The position numbers and the translations under genes were made by a program. A stretch of 64,000 bases of DNA from Candidatus Krumholzibacteriia bacterium. Lineage in GTDB: Bacteria > Krumholzibacteriota > Krumholzibacteriia > Krumholzibacteriales > Krumholzibacteriaceae. Each line of letters opens with the position of its first letter. Within the stretch, counting starts at the first letter, position 1. Under the pieces are notes generated by a model, which was given only the letters and a program-made list of their open reading frames with translations, was not told the origin of the DNA and ran no database searches. Positions 50,158-64,000 of this stretch are shown in pieces. The DNA is taken from NCBI GenBank assembly GCA_963770685.1, contig CAVYQN010000001.1, forward strand, positions 3,179-67,178, given 5' to 3'.

Positions 50158-50847
50158 TCAGAAATCAACAACAAGTGAAAGGCCCGCGGAGCCTTCCATC
50201 GGGGAATTCTCGATTTTGAAGTTCATGTCGTGCAGATGTGCGTCTATATATGCGTCGAGAACGATCACAAGGATGCAGCCCGCCGACCACCATATATAAT
50301 CCACCTGCCTCTCCTTGTATTCCTCGACCCACAAATCATGCCGGGTCCATTCGAAATTCTGATAAGTTACCTGGGGCTCGCCTTCGTTCGTTATCCATCG
50401 CGGGATGGCGTCGCGGATCGCCGCCTCCCTTTTTTCCATTCGGTAAAAATGCAGGATCCGGCTGAGATAGAATACCTCGAATCCGGCGGCAAGCGCTGCC
50501 TTTATCGGTTTCTCATTGTAGATCTGCCCGAGACCGGGGATCGCGAGCGCGCACAGCATTGCAATTTTCGGATTCTTTTTCCTCGCCCACGCCGTCCCTT
50601 CGATCATCGGTTCGCCGGTCTCGCGAATTATCATCGATTTCAGTTCGTCGATCCGCATGCCGCCTCCCGCCCCGACGCTGTCCTCTTTCTCATGGACGAT
50701 CGGATCGATGGAATCTCCGGGCGCGGATAAATCCGCGGCTGAAAGACCGTTCAAACTCCATCCCGTCATTGCAAAGGGTACGGAAACGATCAGCGGCAGG
50801 ATAAACCGGGGCAGCCGGGCGGCAGGGTATTTGAGCGAGCGCTTCAA
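50158..50847 (-). CDS. Membrane protein, DUF5683-like
   Basis: 229 aa with a signal/TM N-terminus and the block LCALAIPGLGQIYNEKPIKAAL, which is characteristic of DUF5683 proteins of the FCB group. This assignment is from memory of the family motif only. Confidence 0.55.
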   Translation of the reverse strand: MKRSLKYPAARLPRFILPLIVSVPFAMTGWSLNGLSAADLSAPGDSIDPIVHEKEDSVGAGGGMRIDELKSMIIRETGEPMIEGTAWARKKNPKIAMLCALAIPGLGQIYNEKPIKAALAAGFEVFYLSRILHFYRMEKREAAIRDAIPRWITNEGEPQVTYQNFEWTRHDLWVEEYKERQVDYIWWSAGCILVIVLDAYIDAHLHDMNFKIENSPMEGSAGLSLVVDF

Positions 50848-50922
50848 AGGTCTTCATCCCTCCCGAATAACTTCCTGCTCCCCGGGGATCTGCCGGCGCG
50901 GCAAACCCGCATCGATTTAAAT

Positions 50923-51023
50923 TGGCGGGAACGTGTGGGAATCGAACCCACCCCGGATGGTTTTAGCACCCGGCAGAAGGATTTGAAGTCCTCGGGGCCC
51001 ACCAGAACCCATCCATTCCCGCC
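50923..51023 (-). tRNA. selC: tRNA-Sec (UCA)-like gene, no encoded CCA
   Basis: The 101-nt minus-strand sequence starts with the acceptor stem GGCGGGAA/TTCCCGCC (8 bp, extendable). It has anticodon stem GAGGA/TCCTT with loop CUUCAAA (anticodon UCA). It has a 7-bp variable-arm stem with a 7-nt loop and a T arm GTGGG-TTCGATT-CCCAC. I could not fold the D arm into the canonical 6-bp/4-nt form, and 3 nt separate the T stem from the acceptor strand. Confidence 0.7.
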
Positions 51024-51067
51024 CGTCAGAAAGATACACCGCGCGAACCGGGAGGTAAAGGGCCCGA

Positions 51068-51445
51068 TCAGCCTAAAAAGGCGACCGCCTCTATCTCGAC
51101 AAGTCCTCCCAGCGGCAGCGCCGCCACCTCGAAAGCGGCCCTCGCAGGCTGATCCTCGGTGAAGTACCGGCCATAAATCGAGTTCATCGTCTTGAAATCG
51201 CCCATCGATTGAAGGAGTACGGTGACCTTCACTATCGAGCCCATGCCGCCTCCGGCCTTTTCCACGATCGCCTTCACATTCTCCAGGGCCCTCTCGACCT
51301 GGGTTTCGATCCCTTCGGCGAGTTTTCCGCTTGCGGGATCGATCCCGAGCTGGCCCGATATGAAAAGGATGTCGCCGGCCCTTATGGCCTGGCTGTACGG
51401 CCCGACCGCCGCCGGCGCATTCTCGGTTTTTATAATCTTTTTCAA
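51068..51445 (-). CDS. ridA: RidA/YjgF family reactive-intermediate deaminase
   Basis: 125 aa: APAAVGPYSQAI...ISGQLGIDP...PARAAFEVAALPLGGLVEIEAVA. Confidence 0.9.
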   Translation of the reverse strand: MKKIIKTENAPAAVGPYSQAIRAGDILFISGQLGIDPASGKLAEGIETQVERALENVKAIVEKAGGGMGSIVKVTVLLQSMGDFKTMNSIYGRYFTEDQPARAAFEVAALPLGGLVEIEAVAFLG

Positions 51446-51526
51446 ATCCAGCTCCTTTCGCCCCGGATCAGCACGGCGTCGTCGCCGGGTATCCGGGATT
51501 TCGTTCTTTCGCGGAACGCGGCCTTT

Positions 51527-53359
51527 TTATTCGACCGTAACGCTCTTGGCGAGATTCCTCGGTTGATCGACGTGGCATCCCCGGAGAACGGCTATATGAT
51601 ACGCCATCAACTGGAGGGGAATAACCGTGAGGATCGGGTACAGGAAATCGAGAGTCTTCGGAACGAAGATCACATGATCCGCCATCTTGATCACTTCCTC
51701 GTTCCCTTCGCTGGTTATGGCTATGATCTTTCCCTTTCTCGCCTTCACCTCGTTGATATTCCCGACGATCTTCTGGTAAGCCGCGTCCCTCGGGGCGATG
51801 ATCACGACTGGCATGTTGTCGTCTATCAGGGCTATCGGCCCGTGTTTCATCTCGGCCGCCGGGTACCCTTCGGCGTGAACGTACGATATCTCCTTCAGCT
51901 TGAGCGCTCCCTCGAGGGCGACCGGATAATTCGCCCCCCTTCCGAGATACAGGAAATTGTTGTGATGCGAGTATTGTTCCGCGATCTCCTTTATCTTGTC
52001 GTCGGAGGTCAGGATCTGCTGAACCTGTTCCGGAAGGATTTCCATCGCTTCTATGATCTTCTGACCCTCGGAGAGGGAAACGTTCCTCAGCCGCCCCAGC
52101 GCCAGCGCTATCAGGCTCAGAACCGTTATCTGCGAAGTGAACGCCTTCGTCGAGGCGACTCCGATCTCGGGGCCGGCGTGGACATACACTCCCGACTGGG
52201 ATTCCCTGGCGATCGTGCTGCCCACCACATTGCATATGCCCATCACTTTGGAGCCCTTGCTGCGCGCTTCCTTGAGAGCTGCAAGGGTATCGAGGGTCTC
52301 CCCCGACTGGCTTATCGCGAAGACAAGGGTCCCATTCTCCATTATGGGATTCCTGTACCTGAATTCGCTCGCGTACTCCACCTCGACCGGTATTCGGGCC
52401 GTCTCTTCGATCATGTACTCGCCGACCAGCCCCGCATGCCAGCTCGTGCCGCAGCCGAGGATGACGATCCGTTTTATTTCCCTGAGATCGTCCTCGGTCA
52501 TATTCAGGCCTCCGAGCCTCGCCTTTCCGTTCTCGTGAATCAGGCGGCCTCGCATCGCGTTCCTTACCGTCTCGGGCTGTTCGAAGATCTCCTTCAGCAT
52601 GAAGTGCTCGAATCCGCCCTTCTCTATCATATCCAGATTCCAGTCCACTTCCTGTATGACGTGCTCGACATATTCGTTCGCCACGGTCATGGTCGTGAAA
52701 TGATCCGGGGTGGCAACGACCATCTGCTGGTCCTCCAGGTATATGACCTGCCTTGTATGTTTCAGTATCGCGGCCACGTCGCTCGCTATGAAATATTCGT
52801 CGTCGCCCACTCCCACCACGACCGGGGAGCCATTTCGGGCGCCGACAATCTTATCCGGCTCGGTGACCGAAACGACTAATATGCCGTAAGTTCCCTCAAC
52901 CATTTCAAGCGCTTTCTGAACAGCGAGCTCGAGATCTTTGCCTTTGTAGAACTTTTCGACGAGGTGGACCAGCACCTCCGTGTCGGTATCCGAAACGAAG
53001 GTGTGCCCTTCCGCCATGAGCGATTTCTTCAGCGTCATGTAATTCTCGATGATGCCGTTGTGAACGAGGGCGATCTTCATCCGGGAATCGTAGTGCGGAT
53101 GCGCGTTGACCCTGTTGGGAACGCCGTGCGTCGCCCACCTCGTATGGGCTATGCCGAGGCTTCCGCTAAGGTCCACACCCTTGAGGCTTTCTTCAAGCTT
53201 CACGATCTTGCCAGGCGTTTTTTCGGTGATCATCTCGCCGTCGCGAATGATCGCGAGGCCCGCCGAATCGTACCCCCTGTATTCAAGCCTTTTGAGGCCT
53301 TCAAGTAGAATCTGTCCTACATTCCTGCTTTTACCGGTATACCCAATAATACCGCACAT
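51527..53359 (-). CDS. glmS: Glutamine--fructose-6-phosphate aminotransferase
   Basis: The protein starts MCGIIGYTG (ATG at 53359). SIS domains are present and the C-terminus is ...DQPRNLAKSVTVE. The ORF-track start at 53524 is an extension into glmM. Confidence 0.95.
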   Translation of the reverse strand: MCGIIGYTGKSRNVGQILLEGLKRLEYRGYDSAGLAIIRDGEMITEKTPGKIVKLEESLKGVDLSGSLGIAHTRWATHGVPNRVNAHPHYDSRMKIALVHNGIIENYMTLKKSLMAEGHTFVSDTDTEVLVHLVEKFYKGKDLELAVQKALEMVEGTYGILVVSVTEPDKIVGARNGSPVVVGVGDDEYFIASDVAAILKHTRQVIYLEDQQMVVATPDHFTTMTVANEYVEHVIQEVDWNLDMIEKGGFEHFMLKEIFEQPETVRNAMRGRLIHENGKARLGGLNMTEDDLREIKRIVILGCGTSWHAGLVGEYMIEETARIPVEVEYASEFRYRNPIMENGTLVFAISQSGETLDTLAALKEARSKGSKVMGICNVVGSTIARESQSGVYVHAGPEIGVASTKAFTSQITVLSLIALALGRLRNVSLSEGQKIIEAMEILPEQVQQILTSDDKIKEIAEQYSHHNNFLYLGRGANYPVALEGALKLKEISYVHAEGYPAAEMKHGPIALIDDNMPVVIIAPRDAAYQKIVGNINEVKARKGKIIAITSEGNEEVIKMADHVIFVPKTLDFLYPILTVIPLQLMAYHIAVLRGCHVDQPRNLAKSVTVE

Positions 53360-53400
53360 TTTGACTCCTTGCCGGGCCGCCCGGCTGAAGACCGTTTTAC

Positions 53401-54759
53401 TCAGCGCGGCGACATCAATATGTCGCCCGCCTTTCCGGCGAGACTGAGCGCCATTTCCCTCGAGACGGCTTCCGCTATCACCCTTACGACGGGCTCGGTG
53501 TTGGATCTCCTGAGATGTACCCAACCCTGCTCCATGTCGATTTTTATCCCGTCCAGATCGCTGAATTCACCATGAAATTCATCCTTCAGCCTGCCTGCGA
53601 TCGAATCAAGATCCCCGTCGAACTCATATTTATCCTTTACGATTTCGTATCGTGGCAATTCCGATATGACCTTCCTGAGCGAAACGGCCCCTTTAGCCAG
53701 CGATTGAAGAATTATCGCCGCCCCGGTCATCGCGTCCCTTCCGTAATGGATGCGGGGATAGATCACCCCTCCGTTTCCCTCTCCGCCTATGACCGCCTTC
53801 TTTTCCTTCATGACGGCTATGACGTTCGCCTCGCCAACCTTCGATCTGTGCGCTTCGACTCCGTGCCTTCGCGCGATATCATCGACAAGCCTGCTCGAGG
53901 AGATGTTCGCCGCCACGGGCCCCTTCTCGATCCCCAGTATGTAGTCGGCCGCGAGCGCCAGCGTGAGCTCCTCGCTGCACACCGTTCCCCGGTCGTCCAC
54001 CAGAACCAGCCTGTCGGCGTCCGGATCGCACGCGAAGCCTATATCCGCCTTCTCCCTCACGACCGCCATGGAAAGGTCGCCGAGGTTCGCGGGCCTCGGC
54101 TCGGGGTCATGCGGAAATGGCTTGTCCGTGTCCGTATTGAGCCTGACGACGTCGGCCCCCAGCTCCGACAGGAGGCCGGGCAGGATGCCGCTGCCCGCCC
54201 CGTTCACGCAGTCCACGACGACTCTGAAGCCCTTTGAAGCTATCAGCTTCCTGTCAATGCATTCGAGCGCGGTTATTCTGCCGATGTGGACCCTGTCGGC
54301 CTCGCCGAAAATTTCATACGTTCCCATCCTCGAGGGAGGGTCAAAAAGCGGATCCGCGCTTTCGACCCTTTCCCTGATGAACCGGACCGCCGCGGAATCT
54401 ATGAATTCGCCCTTGCCGTCGAGCAATTTCAGCGCGTTCCACCGTTCGTTGTTGTGGCTTGCAGTGACGATGATCCCGCCGTCCGCCCCCAGTTCCCCGA
54501 CCATGATCTCAACAGTGGGAGTCGAGGCGATCCCCAGGTCTATGACGTCGATCCCCCTGAACCGGAGGGCCGAGACGGCGGCCGACGAAAGGACCGGTCC
54601 CGACGCCCTGGAATCCCTGCCGATAACGACCCTCGATCCTCCGAGCCAGGCCGCGTAAGCTGCCGTGAACCGGGCGGCCGTTTCCGGGTTCATCCCGTGT
54701 CCGAGAAGACCCCTCACGCCGGATACGCTCACCATCAAAGAACCATTCCCCACCGGCAA
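53401..54759 (-). CDS. glmM: Phosphoglucosamine mutase / phosphohexomutase family
   Basis: SGVRG and the active-site loop TASHNN are present, with GDPDADR-like CDPDADR. The TTG start at 54759 has AAAGGAG upstream. The gene sits directly upstream of glmS. Confidence 0.85.
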   Translation of the reverse strand: MPVGNGSLMVSVSGVRGLLGHGMNPETAARFTAAYAAWLGGSRVVIGRDSRASGPVLSSAAVSALRFRGIDVIDLGIASTPTVEIMVGELGADGGIIVTASHNNERWNALKLLDGKGEFIDSAAVRFIRERVESADPLFDPPSRMGTYEIFGEADRVHIGRITALECIDRKLIASKGFRVVVDCVNGAGSGILPGLLSELGADVVRLNTDTDKPFPHDPEPRPANLGDLSMAVVREKADIGFACDPDADRLVLVDDRGTVCSEELTLALAADYILGIEKGPVAANISSSRLVDDIARRHGVEAHRSKVGEANVIAVMKEKKAVIGGEGNGGVIYPRIHYGRDAMTGAAIILQSLAKGAVSLRKVISELPRYEIVKDKYEFDGDLDSIAGRLKDEFHGEFSDLDGIKIDMEQGWVHLRRSNTEPVVRVIAEAVSREMALSLAGKAGDILMSPR

Positions 54760-54943
54760 GATACGCTCCTTTTCATTAAATCACCCCATCGCCGAAAGGC
54801 AATTGAGGCTAACTTATATCCCGCTCCGTGTCAACCGGTCTGAGACAATTCTACCGCACCCGCGGCCGCAGCCGTACAGCGATATCGACGGCTCCAAAAC
54901 CTGTTCCCGGCCCGATATCCGCGACATGGTCGCGCGAAACGGC

Positions 54944-54981
54944 CAAAAAAGAGGGCGAAACCCACACGGTTCCGCCCTCTT
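54944..54981 (-). terminator. Rho-independent terminator after acs
   Basis: 9-bp stem 54949-54957/54973-54981 (AAGAGGGCG...CGCCCTCTT) is followed on the minus strand by TTTTGG. Confidence 0.7.
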
Positions 54982-55003
54982 AGGCACAATCTTTCGATGA
55001 GGC

Positions 55004-56968
<1,965 letters not shown>

Positions 56969-57050
56969 CTGCGACCTCCCGTACGGTTTGCCGTGTTAAG
57001 TGAATAATCTATCGTTCAAAAGCGGTCCTTGGCCATAATCCGAGTTGAGG

Positions 57051-57079
57051 ACGATACCGCCCCGTCCCGGCCATGTCAA
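57051..57079 (-). promoter_or_regulatory. Putative promoter of acs
   Basis: On the minus strand: TTGACA (57074-57079), 17-nt spacer, TATCGT (57051-57056), with a T-rich upstream flank. GGGAGG precedes the ATG at 56968. Confidence 0.4.
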
Positions 57080-57209
57080 CCCTAAATAAAAGCCGTAATT
57101 CCGCGGAATCAAGTATCTTTTTGCAAAAACAGGTGCCCCGCATCCTCCCCGGCCCGGGGGGCGCATTGCGCCCGCGCGCCGTATCATCCGGGGAACTTCC
57201 GGAAATACC

Positions 57210-60821
<3,612 letters not shown>

Positions 60822-60994
60822 TTAACCGCAAATCGGAAAACATCTTAAATCAACGGCCCGGCTTCGGGGCCGTCGTTGACCGGCTGAGGATGTCAAACGT
60901 ATAAATGATACTGATTTTCCAGCGAAAGTCGAGCAAAATCTTTATGATTGCATCGCCCTTCCCTGCCGGCAGGGCGGCGCAGCCGGCCGCCGAA

Positions 60995-61041
60995 AGGAAA
61001 AAGAAGCGGGGGCCGCCATGCTTTTCGCATGCAGGCCCCCG
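60995..61041 (-). terminator. Rho-independent terminator after the malic enzyme gene
   Basis: The outer stem is 61007-61014/61034-61041 (CGGGGGCC...GGCCCCCG) and the inner stem is CATGC/GCATG. It is followed on the minus strand by CTTCTTTTTCCT. Confidence 0.7.
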
Positions 61042-61095
61042 AAACCAAGGTCTTGATGATGCCGGGGCGCGAAGCCGGTTCCAGGTCTCTTCGCC

Positions 61096-62437
61096 CTACG
61101 GCAACTCTATGAATCCATTGTCCTGAAGAGCGTGGAACGATTCCCGCGAGTGCTTTATCGTCTTTTCGGCCTTGGCCAGCAGCTCCTCGTAGGTCAGGTT
61201 CAGGCGCGCCACTCCCTGCTCGATGGCCTTTCTGCCGACGGCCGCCGCCTCGCGCGGATATATCTGCCACTCGTCCATCGTGGGCAGGAGATAATCCTCG
61301 CGCATCCCGATATCCTCGGCGCATTTCGCCATCGCCTCGGCGGCGGCAAGGCACATCTCGTCGGTGATCGTTTTGGCCATCACGTCGAGCGTCCCCCTGA
61401 ATATTCCCGGGAAATCCCAGGGAATTGTTCACCTGGTTCGGGAAATCGCTCCGGCCCGTGGCGACGATCCTCGCCCCGGCTTCCTTCGCGTCCCACGGAT
61501 ATATCTCCGGGATCGGATTCGCGCATACGAATACGATCGAGTCCTTCGCCATCGATTTTATCCATTCGGGTTTTACCGTATCGGGGCCCGGTTTCGAAAG
61601 GGCGATGAGAACGTCGGCTCCCCTGATCGCCTCCGCCGGACCGCCGACGACGTTGCCGCCGTTCGAGACCTGCGCCATGTGCCATTTTTCCTTGTACGAC
61701 TCGGTGAGCTCCTTCTCCCTGCCCTTGTGCAGGGTACCCTTGCTGTCGCACATTATGATGTTTTCGTTTTTCACCCCGGCGAGGGCGATCATCCGCGCTA
61801 TTGCTATATTGGCCGCGCCGGCTCCGAGCATCGCCACCCTGACCTTCGACATCTCCTTCCCGACGATCTTGACCGCGTTTATGAGCCCGGCCACCGTCAC
61901 CGCGGCGGTGCCCTGCTGGTCGTCGTGCCAGACGGGGATCCTGCACTCCTTGCGCAGGGTGTCGAGAATCCTGAAACACTTGGGCTGTGATATGTCCTCG
62001 AGGTTGAATCCCCCGAAGGAAGGCTGGAGAAGCTTTACCGTATTTATGAAAACATCTGGATCCTTCGTGTCGAGGCAGATCTGCACGCAGTCGACGCCGC
62101 CGAGATATTTGAAAAGGATGGCCTTTCCCTCCATTACGGGGATGGCCGCCTCGGGGCCTATGTCACCAAGCCCCAGGACCCTCGTCCCGTCGGAGATCAC
62201 GGCTATCATGTTGCCCTTGTTCGTGTGCTCGAAGACCTTCTCGGGATTGTCCCTGATGTCGAGGCAGGGCTTCGCGACGCCCGGCGTGTACCAGATGGCG
62301 AAATCGTCGAAATTCCTGATGCAGCATTTCGGCATCACGCCGAGCTTGCCTTTGTAAAAGGGGTGAAGGCGCATCGCGTCGATCGAAGGCTGCTGGGATT
62401 TGGCCAGAAGCTCTTCCTTCGTCATCTTTTTAGACAT
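61096..62437 (-). CDS. NAD(P)-dependent malic enzyme (short form, no PTA domain), reading frame broken once
   Basis: Motifs seen: FAIWYTPGVAKPC, VISDGTRVLGLGDIG, FGGFNLEDISQPKCF, HDDQQGTAAV, GAGAANIAIA. The frames join as GFPGIFRGTLDVMAKTITDE if the T2 run at 61404-61405 is one base shorter. The ATG at 62437 has GGAGG upstream. ORF pieces are 60893..62497 and 61096..61383. Confidence 0.9.
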
Positions 62438-62556
62438 CGCAATCAATCCTCCTGCATGCCGCTTGCCGGGAGGCTTTCCGGCCGCCCGATCCCTCATGTT
62501 TACAGATAATTTATTTCAATCGCGGATGAACTTCAAACCCTTGAAAGATCGAGCTT

Positions 62557-63105
62557 TCAGGAGAGAAGCTCATTTCCCGCCCTGAAGCCTTCGTCGAAGG
62601 CCTTCATGTTCAATTCTTCCGTTCCCTTCGGAACCCTGGCAAGGATCGCCTTCTTAACCGATTCTTCGGAAATGACCCCGGCGATCCGGGTGAGGATGCC
62701 GAGGGCGACTATGTTCGTGACGACGGCCTTGCCTACCTTTTCCGTGGCGATCTCCGTTATCGGCAGGGAATAAACCTTGAACTCCCCTTTCGGCAGCTCC
62801 TTCACCAGCCCGGAGTCTATGATGAGTATGCCGCCCTTCTTGAGGTCGCCGGAATATTTCCTGCATGATTCCTGCGTCAGCGAGAGCAGCAGATCGAGCT
62901 CGAGCGCCTTCGGATAATCGATCTCCCCGTCGCTTATGACGACCTCCGCCTTGCTCGCTCCGCCGCGCGCCTCGGGCCCGTAGCTCTGTGTCTGAACCGC
63001 GTTTCGCCCCTCGTAGATCGCGGCCGCTTCGGCAAGGATCTTTCCGGCCAGGATAAGGCCCTGCCCGCCGGATCCACTCAAACGAATTTCGTATCTTTCC
63101 ATCAT
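62557..63105 (-). CDS. 2-oxoacid:ferredoxin oxidoreductase, gamma subunit
   Basis: 182 aa. The N-terminus IRLSGSGGQGLILAGKILAEAA is typical of KOR/VOR/POR gamma subunits. I cannot determine substrate specificity from the sequence alone. Confidence 0.85.
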   Translation of the reverse strand: MMERYEIRLSGSGGQGLILAGKILAEAAAIYEGRNAVQTQSYGPEARGGASKAEVVISDGEIDYPKALELDLLLSLTQESCRKYSGDLKKGGILIIDSGLVKELPKGEFKVYSLPITEIATEKVGKAVVTNIVALGILTRIAGVISEESVKKAILARVPKGTEELNMKAFDEGFRAGNELLS

Positions 63106-63917
63106 TTCCCCGTCCTGAGACTTGTTACCAGTTTTTCGTATTCAGCGATGTATTCGGGTTTATCCACATCTATAAGAACGCCGGTCTCCATCCTGCCGCA
63201 GCGCTCCTCCTCGGTCATTTTCTTCCATTTGGCGGTCGGAACCGCGTTTTCCCTGAGCCATTCCATCAGCTTCACCGGGCTCGCCATCTTGTTCCTGCGT
63301 CCGAAAGCGGTCGGGCACGGAGTGAGGATCTCTACGAGAGAGAATCCCTTCTTGGCGAGAGCCATGGCGATCATCTTCTCGCAGTTGGCGACGTTGTAAA
63401 CGTCGGCCCGCGCGACGAACGAGGCCCCGGCGGCTATCGCGAGCCCGCTCGTGTTGAACGGGGGCTCTATGTTGCCGTACGGAGCGGTCGCCGCTCTCGA
63501 ACCCGTGGGGGTCGAGGGCGAGCACTGCCCTCCCGTCATGCCGTAGATGAAATTGTTGTAGAGCAGGACCGTGATGTCGATGTTCCTTCTCGCGGCATGA
63601 ATGAGATGGTTGCCGCCTATGGCCGTCGCGTCGCCGTCGCCGGTGATCACTATGACGTTGAGCTTCGGATTGCCGTGCTTCACGCCGGTGGCGAAGGGTA
63701 TCGCCCTTCCGTGCGTCGTGTGAAGCGTGTTCATGTCGACGTATCCCGGGGTCCTGCTCGAGCATCCTATCCCCGACACCATGACGGTCTCGTCGAGGGA
63801 TATCCCGGACTTTTCAATGGCCCTAAGTATGGCCTTGAGAACTATGCCGTCTCCGCAACCCGCGCACCAGATGTGCGGGAAGTTCTTCTCGCGGATATAT
63901 TCGAGGTAGTTGAACAA
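63102..63917 (-). CDS. 2-oxoacid:ferredoxin oxidoreductase, beta (TPP-binding) subunit
   Basis: 271 aa. CAGCGDG, GIGCS and the TPP motif ITGDGDATAIGGNHLIHAARRN are present. The TTG start directly abuts the upstream stop. The stop overlaps the gamma-subunit start as ATGA. Confidence 0.9.
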   Translation of the reverse strand: MFNYLEYIREKNFPHIWCAGCGDGIVLKAILRAIEKSGISLDETVMVSGIGCSSRTPGYVDMNTLHTTHGRAIPFATGVKHGNPKLNVIVITGDGDATAIGGNHLIHAARRNIDITVLLYNNFIYGMTGGQCSPSTPTGSRAATAPYGNIEPPFNTSGLAIAAGASFVARADVYNVANCEKMIAMALAKKGFSLVEILTPCPTAFGRRNKMASPVKLMEWLRENAVPTAKWKKMTEEERCGRMETGVLIDVDKPEYIAEYEKLVTSLRTGK

Positions 63918-64000
63918 TCAGACCACCTCCTTTATCATATCGACGATCTCTCGCGGATCGATCGGGTTGCCGTCGACCCTGCCCAGCTTGTGCACGGGCA
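63918..64000 (-). CDS. 2-oxoacid:ferredoxin oxidoreductase, alpha subunit (C-terminal 26 codons only, truncated by the window edge)
   Basis: An open frame ...PVHKLGRVDGNPIDPREIVDMIKEVV ends with a stop at 63918-63920. The call rests on position in front of the beta and gamma subunits. Confidence 0.6.
   Translation of the reverse strand, partial: PVHKLGRVDGNPIDPREIVDMIKEVV

Noticed and set aside
51209-52879. 556-aa plus-strand ORF, the longest unassigned ORF in the track
   Set aside because: It lies exactly antisense to glmS, whose product is unmistakable. Its translation is Arg/His/Leu/Pro-rich with no motif. It is a typical shadow ORF of GC-rich DNA.
53360-53400. glmS ribozyme upstream of glmS
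   Set aside because: glmS starts about 40 nt after the glmM stop, so there is no room for the roughly 170-nt ribozyme. The glmM upstream region (54760-54943) shows only a possible weak promoter (TTGACA at 54829-54834 with a poor -10, TAGCCT).
60891-60896. Consensus TTGACA upstream of nifJ as a promoter
   Set aside because: There is no acceptable -10 hexamer at 16-19 nt (ACGGCC or CGGCCC). I kept it only as context for the leader-hairpin observation.

Overview
This is a visibly GC-rich bacterial chromosomal core segment, not an island. I can support 51 protein-coding genes, all but four on the minus strand. I can also support RNase P RNA, tRNA-Met(CAU) and a tRNA-Sec(UCA)-like gene. Gene order by increasing coordinate:
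- secreted hypothetical protein; gatB-gatA-gatC
- DUF2207 / LemA / PD40 lipoprotein (plus strand)
- UvrD-type helicase
- 1087-aa peptidase-MA-like + PD40 + Omp85-barrel fusion protein, then tamB and tamA
- small plus-strand lipoprotein
- rseP-dxr-cdsA-uppS-frr-pyrH-tsf-rpsB; rpsI-rplM
- mtnA-yjbQ-maf-dtd-recJ
- rnpB; RNase H-like gene; DUF164 zinc-ribbon gene; BNR propeller protein; tRNA-Met
- rpoD-dnaG-mutS2; cvpA-yqeY-rsmE
- dnaJ-dnaK-grpE-hrcA, with a promoter and a CIRCE-like operator
- lepB; DUF5683 protein; tRNA-Sec-like gene; ridA; glmS-glmM
- acs; pyruvate:ferredoxin oxidoreductase (nifJ); malic enzyme; a 2-oxoacid:ferredoxin oxidoreductase gamma/beta/alpha set, truncated at the window edge

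Several TTGACA-17-TAnnnT promoters, GGAGG ribosome-binding sites and clean Rho-independent terminators are readable.

I saw no CRISPR array, transposase, integrase, prophage, toxin-antitoxin or recognisable defence genes. I did not find a convincing novel multi-gene system.

The dominant peculiarity is technical. At least about 35 reading-frame breaks hit 14 conserved, often essential, genes. They cluster in blocks. Wherever I could resolve one to the base it was a 1-nt gain or loss, in most cases in a short homopolymer. One of them (acs) is masked inside an apparently intact ORF.

The biologically most interesting items are:
- the Omp85 fusion protein downstream of tamA-tamB
- the isolated tRNA-Sec-like gene
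- the DUF164 / RNase H / rnpB cluster
- the DUF2207-LemA-PD40 module
- a promoter-to-terminator bracketed non-coding stretch of about 150 nt (34531..34682)
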